DNA from: Candidatus Aceula lacicola
Lineage (GTDB): Bacteria > Omnitrophota > Gorgyraeia > Zapsychrales > Aceulaceae
Length of the DNA: 64,000 nucleotides
NCBI GenBank assembly: GCA_030765785.1
Contig: JAVCCC010000018.1
Span: 761-64,760, forward strand
Reading direction: 5' to 3'
Within the stretch, counting starts at the first letter, position 1. Each line of letters opens with the position of its first letter. Positions 58,187-64,000 of the stretch are shown here, one piece after another. The position numbers were made by a program, and so were the translations under genes. The notes beneath the pieces were generated by a model. The model had not been told where the DNA came from, made no database searches, and was given only the letters and a program-made list of their open reading frames with translations.

Positions 58187-60331
58187 TTATTTTAAGCGTT
58201 TCACAACAAGGATTGTGATGTCATCCGATTGCGGGGCATCTTTTGCAAATGTTTCAATCGAATGAAAAGTATGGCTTACTAAATCTTTAATTTCTTCTTG
58301 GCGGTGTTTTGTGATTTCATTTTTTAGGCGATCTTCAGAAAAGACCTCATGTTTATCGTTGAAGGCCTCCGTAACACCATCCGTGTACATATAGATCAGA
58401 TCATTAGCGCCAAGCATTAGTTCGTCAGTTGTGTAGGAAACATCTTCAATGATGCCGACAACCGTTCCCCCTGAGGTATCTAAAGCTTGAATGTCGCCGT
58501 TTTCAGAAACCACAAACGGTGGGTTGTGTCCCCCATTGGCGAATTTAACAGAGCCTGTTTTTATATTTAATATTCCGCAGAAAATGGTGATAAACATAGC
58601 CGAGCGGTTGTCTCTGGAGATCTCACGGTTAAGAACGTTTAGAAGCTCGGCCGGTTCTTTTATTTTTCTGGCAAGAGTTTTGACGAGCGTCGCGGTCACG
58701 GCCATAAAAAGGGACGCAGGAACACCTTTGCCGGAAACATCTCCGATAATAAAAAATAAATTTTCATCATCCAGCATAAAGAAATCATAAAAATCTCCGC
58801 CGACCTCTCTGGCTGAACAGAGATGAGCGTATACCGCAAATTCGTCATGGTCTGGAAAAGCAGGAAACGTTCGAGGGACAATGCCTAATTGTATTTCCTT
58901 TGCGATCTTTAATTCTTTTTCCATTCGTTCTTTTGCAACGGTGGTTTTTGTAAGCTCGGCAATATAATTTTTAAGGTTGGCGGTCATCTTGTTAAACGCA
59001 TCGGCGAGTTCTTCAATTTCATCGCCGGTTTTAATATCAAGGCGATGCTCAAGGTCTCCCCTTCCGATGATTTGTGTTCCGTCGCGTAAGGTGGATATTG
59101 GTTTTGTGATTTTTTGTGAGATTTTATACGCTATGAGAAAGACAAAGGCCAGGATGATTGCAAAAATACCAACAATCATATTTTTTACGATAGCGATCTT
59201 GTTGTTGATTTCAAGGCCGGTGACATCGGTCGCCGCGTCAATCTTTTTTTCAAGAGCAAGCGCCGGGGTGACAATTTCTTTGATAGGCATCACGACACCT
59301 AAACTCCAGCCAGTTGTTTTTATAGGAGCAAACGCGATATATTTCTTTTCTCCATCGATTTCGCAGGTGTGTATTTCTGATTTTGCAGCAATCATTTTTT
59401 CTGCGATATTTTTCATCTGGAGATTCGCAGAATTTAAAAGATTTTCTGTTTTATAAATTTTGTTCCATTGAGCGCTTTCCAACACTAATCCCGGTCGAGC
59501 AATAACGTTGCCTTTTTCATCAAGCAAAAACGCGTATCCTGATTTTCCGATTTGAGTGCTGATAATTTGGTTAAGCATAACGCTTAAGGTCAGGTCGATT
59601 TCAACGACGCCGATGAATTCTGATTGATCGTTATAAAATGGCGTCGCGCACGTAATAATCAGTTTTCGCGTCGCGGCATGAATATAGGGTGCTGTCCAAA
59701 CGGTTTTTTGTTCTTGAGCGGCTTTTGTGTACCAAAAGCGTTTTCGTGAGTCATAGGCGTCCTCGCGGCCTGCGCGCCAGGGATAACTGCGATATATTCC
59801 CGATTGCGTTCCGAGGCAAATTGTGTTGATGTGTGGATTATTGGAAGCAATGCTGATAAAAATTGTATCCATTCCGCTTGATAGATTGATTTCTTTTGAT
59901 ATTGTTTCCGTGCGATTAACACCAGAGGCAAGACCACAAACTGAAAAAGCGTAGATGTCTTTTGGTTTATCGTTTTGCGAGTAGGACCGAACAGGTTGCA
60001 TCTCATAGGTGCTTGACCAGAGATTCGATGCAAATTTGGCAGCAATGTTGACCTCTGAATCAATGCGGCGAAGGATTGTGCCGCTAATAGCGGCTTGATC
60101 TTGAGCCAGTTTAAGGAGATTTTCTTCGGCTTGGTTTTCAAGGGCAAGGATACTGTCTTCGACAGCCTGGTCTCCTAGCTCAACGCTGCCTTTGAGTGCG
60201 TAATTTCCAAGCCCCTTCATTTCCTTTAACGCAGTGTATCCAAACGCGAGAAGAGAAATAAGTGAAAGTAATAAAAGCGAAGCGAGAATTTTTGTTCCGA
60301 TTTTTAGAGGCATTTTGTGTTTCAAGTTCAT
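58187..60331 (-). CDS. Sensor serine phosphatase: periplasmic dCache-like domain + HAMP + PP2C/SpoIIE phosphatase (RsbU-like)
   Basis: 714 aa; N-terminal TM, ~330-aa extracytoplasmic domain, second TM, HAMP, C-terminal PP2C motifs (GDVSGKGVPASLFM, DGVTEA). Confidence 0.7.
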   Translation of the reverse strand: MNLKHKMPLKIGTKILASLLLLSLISLLAFGYTALKEMKGLGNYALKGSVELGDQAVEDSILALENQAEENLLKLAQDQAAISGTILRRIDSEVNIAAKFASNLWSSTYEMQPVRSYSQNDKPKDIYAFSVCGLASGVNRTETISKEINLSSGMDTIFISIASNNPHINTICLGTQSGIYRSYPWRAGREDAYDSRKRFWYTKAAQEQKTVWTAPYIHAATRKLIITCATPFYNDQSEFIGVVEIDLTLSVMLNQIISTQIGKSGYAFLLDEKGNVIARPGLVLESAQWNKIYKTENLLNSANLQMKNIAEKMIAAKSEIHTCEIDGEKKYIAFAPIKTTGWSLGVVMPIKEIVTPALALEKKIDAATDVTGLEINNKIAIVKNMIVGIFAIILAFVFLIAYKISQKITKPISTLRDGTQIIGRGDLEHRLDIKTGDEIEELADAFNKMTANLKNYIAELTKTTVAKERMEKELKIAKEIQLGIVPRTFPAFPDHDEFAVYAHLCSAREVGGDFYDFFMLDDENLFFIIGDVSGKGVPASLFMAVTATLVKTLARKIKEPAELLNVLNREISRDNRSAMFITIFCGILNIKTGSVKFANGGHNPPFVVSENGDIQALDTSGGTVVGIIEDVSYTTDELMLGANDLIYMYTDGVTEAFNDKHEVFSEDRLKNEITKHRQEEIKDLVSHTFHSIETFAKDAPQSDDITILVVKRLK

Positions 60332-60406
60332 GATGATTTTTTAAGATACATTTTAATGAAAAGTTAAACTATTGAGCCGCGAGCAACATAATTTAGAACT
60401 GAGAAT

Positions 60407-60428
60407 TTTAATGAGCCCTTGATTTATG
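60407..60428 (-). promoter_or_regulatory. Shared upstream motif site 1 (TTTAATGAGCCCTTGATTTATG) ~80 nt upstream of PP2C sensor gene
   Basis: Matches sites at 61209-61231 and 62534-62549. Confidence 0.4.
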
Positions 60429-60459
60429 CTATTGTTTTTTATTTTTCTCTTTTACTTTT

Positions 60460-61197
60460 TTAACTTTTTAAAGAGTTTCGCCTTGTTTGCATAAATGCTG
60501 CTTTGACGCTGCCTGTCTTTGCCGTACAAATAAGCTTGTCGTGCAATAATAATTTTAAATTTGTTGAATCGGAAGGCATAATCTTGTCGTTTCTATATAA
60601 TGCTAATATGAAAATACCGTTTTCCAAAAAATAAGGATCGGCAATCTCCTTGTCAAAGAGAGGGCTGTTTTCTGTAATTTCAACGCTAACAAGGCTGGAG
60701 CCGTCAGGCGTAAGCGCAATTTCTTCAAAATGCCACGGCGCAAAAACACCTTTTTTTATAAAATAAGCTTTTGTGTAATTGCTTAAATAATTTGCTAATT
60801 TGGAGTGAACGGATATCTTGTATAATATAAAAATAACGAATAAGACTATACCTAAATTCGTCAAATGCAAAAGTTTTTCCGGAAGAATAAAATCGATAAA
60901 AGGAATGTGAATTTCGCTTACATATTTAGGAACCTTTATCGCATTAATAGACGTAGCGATTAAACTGACAAATCCGGCATAGCCCATAATCATCAGCACA
61001 GAGGCAATCTTACGCCGTTGAGCATTCTTTGCGATAAGTTCTGATTCTCTCGTGGTAAAACCTGTCCCAGTAAAACAGGAAATCGCTTGAAATCGCGCGA
61101 CAGGCAACTTTAGGCCAGTCAACTCAAAAGCAATCGTGCCAATCTTCACCACAACAATCAACATAAAAATAAAAATGATAAACAAAAATAAATGCAT
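60460..61197 (-). CDS. Membrane protein with pore-loop-like TGTGFTT segment and C-terminal TrkA-C/RCK_C-like domain
   Basis: 245 aa; 2-3 TM helices, FTGTGFTT segment, soluble C-terminal ~90 aa resembling RCK_C. Confidence 0.4.
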   Translation of the reverse strand: MHLFLFIIFIFMLIVVVKIGTIAFELTGLKLPVARFQAISCFTGTGFTTRESELIAKNAQRRKIASVLMIMGYAGFVSLIATSINAIKVPKYVSEIHIPFIDFILPEKLLHLTNLGIVLFVIFILYKISVHSKLANYLSNYTKAYFIKKGVFAPWHFEEIALTPDGSSLVSVEITENSPLFDKEIADPYFLENGIFILALYRNDKIMPSDSTNLKLLLHDKLICTAKTGSVKAAFMQTRRNSLKS

Positions 61198-61208
61198 ATA
61201 ACACCTTT

Positions 61209-61231
61209 CTTAAATGAACCCCTGATTTATG
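61209..61231 (-). promoter_or_regulatory. Shared upstream motif site 2 (CTTAAATGAACCCCTGATTTATG) abutting SD/start of RCK_C membrane protein gene
   Basis: Motif ends 12 nt before ATG 61197; GAAAGG SD between. Confidence 0.4.
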
Positions 61232-61353
61232 AGTGCCCCCTTAAAGGTGACTGCCCTCTTTTTATTTTAACATGACAATGGGTTGGGAGGGATGAAAAAT
61301 TATAAAAAAGTTGATGTAAGATTGTCCTCAAGTTTATTTTGCAAGGCATTGCT

Positions 61354-61386
61354 AAAAAATTACCCCGTGCAATTTTGCAACGGGGT
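61354..61386 (-). terminator. Rho-independent terminator downstream of small ferredoxin gene
   Basis: ACCCCGUUGCAAAAUUGCACGGGGU hairpin followed by AAUUUUUU on minus-strand transcript. Confidence 0.55.
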
Positions 61387-61402
61387 AAATAAACGGTGTT
61401 GA

Positions 61403-61588
61403 TTATTCTATTGTAATCGCTGCAGCTGGACATGCATCTGCTGCGGATTTACATTTATCTTCTAACTCTCTTGGGACATCCTCCATCAGAAGTGTTGCCT
61501 TTTCGCCTTCCATTTTAAAAATTTCAGGACAAGTATCAACGCAATCTTTACTGCCTACACAAGCATCTTGATCCAGTTTAACTTTCAT
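61403..61588 (-). CDS. Small single-cluster [4Fe-4S]/[3Fe-4S] ferredoxin
   Basis: 61 aa; DQDACVGSKDCVDTCP ... CPAAAI Cys pattern. Confidence 0.8.
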   Translation of the reverse strand: MKVKLDQDACVGSKDCVDTCPEIFKMEGEKATLLMEDVPRELEDKCKSAADACPAAAITIE

Positions 61589-61646
61589 TTTTATCTCCTT
61601 TTTTTATTTATATTTTTTTTGAATTTTTGCCGATAAAAAATCCTAG

Positions 61647-62087
61647 CTATTTACTTAAATTTCTCCTTACAAACATTTCCCTTTGTATGTCATCGTATAG
61701 CTTCCGAAAGAGCTCTAGATCTGAAACCATCTTAGAACTTTCCTGTGTCCCGTATTGAGAGCTTGTTTTTGTTTTCTTAATGAGAGACAGCCTCTCTTTT
61801 ACCGTATCTTCCCCAAATTGCTCTATAGTTGCAGTCATTTCAAAATTAACCATTGAGAACCACTCCTGCTTTATACCAGTCTCACCTTGTATAACCCCTG
61901 AATCATAATCTGAATTCTTAATAACATACCCGTAATCTTGAAATACTTGCAGTGTAGACTTAAAGGCATCATCAAACATTCCTTCCAAATCCCTAGACTC
62001 AATGGCTCTTCTTTGCGAAGAAGGCAGTGTTGTAGCGCATCCAATTATAAATATCATAAATAGAAGCAAGCTTATAATTTTTTTCAT
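61647..62087 (-). CDS. Hypothetical lipoprotein
   Basis: 146 aa; lipobox LLFMIFIIGC. Confidence 0.5.
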   Translation of the reverse strand: MKKIISLLLFMIFIIGCATTLPSSQRRAIESRDLEGMFDDAFKSTLQVFQDYGYVIKNSDYDSGVIQGETGIKQEWFSMVNFEMTATIEQFGEDTVKERLSLIKKTKTSSQYGTQESSKMVSDLELFRKLYDDIQREMFVRRNLSK

Positions 62088-62146
62088 TCTTCAAACTCCT
62101 TTATTTTTAAGTTAACTCTTCTAAAAATTTCTACCTAAATATAAAT

Positions 62147-62524
62147 CTAGAAAGTAGATGATCTATAACTGGAATTCTTAACCATATCATTTTTATCAAA
62201 TTCTATCATTAAGGTAAATGTTCTCGTAGAAGAAGACGACCTGCTCCCAGTTCCACCAGCAATAATAAGAGTGCCGTAGATATCTGACGTTCCTTTTTCT
62301 ACGGACATTTTATCGTAAGTCCAAACTTCATTGCCGCTTTTATTCTTTGTAATGATATTAGGAGCCCCGAAAACTTCCAAAATTTCATTTTGATTAGTTT
62401 GACCATTAATAATTTTAGTTTTTGCCATGCCTGGAGTTAAGTTTCCCCTCTGAATAGGCTGAACGCTCGCGCATCCTACAACAAAAAACAATAAAGCAAC
62501 ACACCAAAAAACTTGTTTTTTCAT
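62147..62524 (-). CDS. BamE/SmpA-OmlA-like lipoprotein
   Basis: Start at MKKQVFWCVALLFFVVGC (ATG 62524, SD GGAGAG); LTPGMAKTKIINGQTNQNEILEVFGAPN...W.Y resembles SmpA_OmlA domain; track ORF extended 21 aa upstream. Confidence 0.4.
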   Translation of the reverse strand: MKKQVFWCVALLFFVVGCASVQPIQRGNLTPGMAKTKIINGQTNQNEILEVFGAPNIITKNKSGNEVWTYDKMSVEKGTSDIYGTLIIAGGTGSRSSSSTRTFTLMIEFDKNDMVKNSSYRSSTF

Positions 62525-62533
62525 AAAACTCTC

Positions 62534-62549
62534 CTTAAATGAGCCCCTG
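62534..62549 (-). promoter_or_regulatory. Shared upstream motif site 3 (CTTAAATGAGCCCCTG) abutting SD/start of BamE-like lipoprotein gene
   Basis: Motif ends 10 nt before ATG 62524; GGAGAG SD between; overlaps left arm of REP-like copy 2. Confidence 0.4.
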
Positions 62550-62603
62550 CTGCTTCGTTTTGTTTTGCTTTGCTTCAACAAAAGCAAAGCGAAACGACAG
62601 GGG
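62544..62603. repeat. GC-rich palindromic (REP-like) element, copy 2
   Basis: CCCCTG-CTGCTTCGTTTTGTTTTGCTTTGC...GCAAAGCGAAACGA-CAGGGG; shares CTGCTTCG / GCTTTGC / GCAAAGCGA words with copy 1. Confidence 0.55.
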
Positions 62604-62612
62604 CGAATTTAT

Positions 62613-62638
62613 CCAGAAAACATTTTAATGTTTTCTGG
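62613..62638. repeat. Perfect 26-bp palindrome CCAGAAAACATTTTAATGTTTTCTGG
   Basis: Exact inverted repeat (12-bp arms, 2-bp centre, or 10-bp stem with 6-nt loop); no flanking T-run, so more likely a protein-binding site than a terminator. Confidence 0.6.
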
Positions 62639-62732
62639 AATCCTTAATCTCTATCTCTCTGTGGCGACGCGGGATTTCTACTATTTTTTTCCTTAAGGCC
62701 TGGCACGTTTTTACTTTTTTATGAAACAAATT

Positions 62733-63218
62733 TTAAATCAATTTATTTTGAATCAAATAAGCCCTTCCAGGATGACCTAAAGAATATTCGTGAACATAAA
62801 TATTGTAATTTAAATAATTTTTTCTTTTAAGACTCTCCACATAATACTTTAACCGAGTCTCTTTAATACTTGAAAAATATTGTCTTATGCCATTCCATTC
62901 TACTATCGCACCTTCTTTTTTGCTCAAATAAACAAGAATTTTCTCCTCATTCTCCTCTAAGCAGGTACCTAAAATTTCTTTATCAAATTTCACACCTTCT
63001 CTTGCTTTCTTAAAAATAAGAATAAAACTAATCAAGAATAATACTACAGATATCCAGTTACTTATTAAAGAAGTCTCATTTAACCAAACAAAAATATTTC
63101 TCAGGCATCCTAAAGCTATCGTCCATAGCCCAAAATAAGTAATAGCAGAAATAATCATAAACAGCACTATTCCCGCAATAACTTGATTTACGATATCTTT
63201 TCCATCTTCCCTTTTCAT
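62733..63218 (-). CDS. Hypothetical membrane protein with 2 TM helices and cytoplasmic winged-helix-like C-terminal domain
   Basis: 161 aa; two TM segments then ...EEKILVYLSKKEGAIVEWNGIRQYF... Confidence 0.4.
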   Translation of the reverse strand: MKREDGKDIVNQVIAGIVLFMIISAITYFGLWTIALGCLRNIFVWLNETSLISNWISVVLFLISFILIFKKAREGVKFDKEILGTCLEENEEKILVYLSKKEGAIVEWNGIRQYFSSIKETRLKYYVESLKRKNYLNYNIYVHEYSLGHPGRAYLIQNKLI

Positions 63219-63256
63219 TTTACCTCACCTTAATTATTTTAAGGACTGCCTTTCTC

Positions 63257-63739
63257 TTATTTTAAAGAATTGCTCACTTTCATAGCGACATGTCTATACA
63301 CATAGTCACATTCATCAGAACCAAAAACAGTAAGACTTGTCCTAAAATCGGTTGATGCAGCTCCGTGCAAAAAAGTTAAAGTAATGCTTGGGGCTTCGCC
63401 CTGTATTTGATCACACGCATATTTATCTGTCTTTAATCTAATATTGTAAAGATTATTCCATTTTGTATAATCAAAATCAATAGCAGTAAGAAAATTTCTA
63501 AACTCAAGAATAATTGAATCGAAAAATACAAAGAAACCAATATTTTCAATTTTTCCTTCAACATTTTTTGTCATGTTAGGAACAATAAATTTAACTTTTT
63601 CATTTAACATAAAACGTTCTGCGAACTTGAAAAGACTTTTCACCCTTTCTTTTTCTGTTTTCGTCTTAAAAAAAGAAAATCCACCTATTTCATTAAGATT
63701 TGTATTCATCAATGTCTCCTTTATCTTTAATTTGAACAA
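63257..63739 (-). CDS. Hypothetical soluble protein
   Basis: 160 aa ORF; overlaps upstream gene by 47 nt (possible translational coupling); no recognisable motifs. Confidence 0.4.
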   Translation of the reverse strand: MFKLKIKETLMNTNLNEIGGFSFFKTKTEKERVKSLFKFAERFMLNEKVKFIVPNMTKNVEGKIENIGFFVFFDSIILEFRNFLTAIDFDYTKWNNLYNIRLKTDKYACDQIQGEAPSITLTFLHGAASTDFRTSLTVFGSDECDYVYRHVAMKVSNSLK

Positions 63740-64000
63740 TCACTCCATCAAAGAAATGCAGTATATGCCCGATATAATTAGGTATAAACCTTGGTTTTCT
63801 GAATTCCCATTTCCAATCATGACTTTCAGATTTCTTCGTTCTCGATACCCTGTCGCTTCTGTAATATTTATGCAATATTGATTTAATCGTATCTTGTAAT
63901 TGTGTTCTGATTTGTATTTCAAATGAAAAAATAATTTTTTTAGGATTAGATTCAAAATCTAAAATACAGGTCTCATAAGAAAGATATATGTGCTTAGCAA
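63693..64000 (-). CDS. C-terminal fragment of a RelA/SpoT-like nucleotidyltransferase (small alarmone synthetase / toxSAS-like) protein; N-terminus beyond window end
   Basis: Open minus-strand frame from window end to TAA at 63693: ...LSYETCILDFESNPKKIIFSFEIQIRTQLQDTIKSILHKYYRSD... contains the EIQIRT beta-strand and downstream D..SxL.H.YY pattern that aligns to RelQ-like synthetase domain C-terminus; track only shows its last 60 aa. Confidence 0.45.
   Translation of the reverse strand, partial: AKHIYLSYETCILDFESNPKKIIFSFEIQIRTQLQDTIKSILHKYYRSDRVSRTKKSESHDWKWEFRKPRFIPNYIGHILHFFDGVIVQIKDKGDIDEYKS

Noticed and set aside
61227-61433. 68-aa minus-strand ORF between the RCK_C gene and the ferredoxin
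   Set aside because: It overlaps the ferredoxin gene out of frame and spans the terminator and motif region. Its sequence is low-complexity.
63740-63955. 71-aa minus-strand ORF at the 3' end
   Set aside because: The alternative frame, open to the window edge and carrying the EIQIRT motif, is the more credible gene.

Overview
AT-rich bacterial chromosomal segment (roughly one-third G+C by eye). It is densely coded and transcribed almost entirely on the minus strand; only five real genes lie on the plus strand (PHP phosphatase, ispH, a 2Fe-2S ferredoxin, murB, and a large SpeE-like membrane protein). Organism identity cannot be assigned from sequence alone, but the gene content suggests an anaerobic, possibly uncultivated lineage: DapL-route lysine synthesis, many ferredoxins, radical SAM enzymes, and a glpK/GlpABC-like glycerol module.

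Contents from 5' to 3':
- A type IV pilus assembly operon: an excisionase-type HTH gene, a pilM-pilN fusion, pilO, pilP, and pilQ. pilQ runs off the window start.
- A TPR/ExbB/ExbD/TonB-N-terminus-like cluster followed by two small membrane proteins.
- A GT-C-like membrane protein, then uvrA.
- A lysine-rich histone-H1-like protein containing an internal 15-bp coding tandem repeat.
- A roughly 15-kb run of overlapping or abutting minus-strand genes: argCJBDFGH, lysA, dapF, dapA, dapB, dapL, folK, panC and a nadX-like gene. It sits behind one strong sigma70-like promoter.
- rplM-rpsI, truA, asd, a leuB-family gene, fabF-acpP-fabG, rlpA, fxsA, and folB-folE.
- trmB, ispG/ispH with an adjacent ferredoxin, murB, moaA plus an Nfu-like gene, mogA, a 59-aa tautomerase, metXW, and miaB.
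- A GIY-YIG nuclease gene flanked by GC-rich palindromic repeats.
- A NapH/NosR-like polyferredoxin, a DsbD_2-like membrane protein, and a membrane-fused spermidine-synthase-like protein.
- An orphan AmmeMemoRadiSam-type radical SAM enzyme.
- A glycerol module: DUF1667, two FAD oxidoreductases, and glpK.
- A dCache-HAMP-PP2C sensor phosphatase, an RCK_C membrane protein, and a small ferredoxin.
- An AT-richer 3' islet of lipoproteins and hypotheticals. It ends in a truncated gene whose C-terminus carries an EIQIRT motif typical of RelA/SpoT-like synthetases.

The most notable non-coding signals:
- Two ~88% identical ~55-nt leader elements sit exactly upstream of folE and metX, each behind a textbook TTGACA-17-TAnnnT promoter. 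Both have pseudoknot-like interleaved complementarity covering the Shine-Dalgarno. A degenerate third copy lies upstream of the Nfu-like/moaA pair.
- A GC-rich palindromic repeat family (GCTTTGC...GCAAAGC) with two copies.
- A 16-nt motif, TTAAATGAGCCCCTG, upstream of three consecutive minus-strand genes.
- A perfect 26-bp palindrome.
- A 6-codon upstream ORF whose stop overlaps the GTG start of miaB, with the start inside a hairpin.

No rRNA, tRNA, CRISPR array or clear transposase was found. The best candidate for a previously undescribed system is at the 3' end (RelA/SpoT-like fragment plus two overlapping small genes), with the folE/metX leader RNA as the second.
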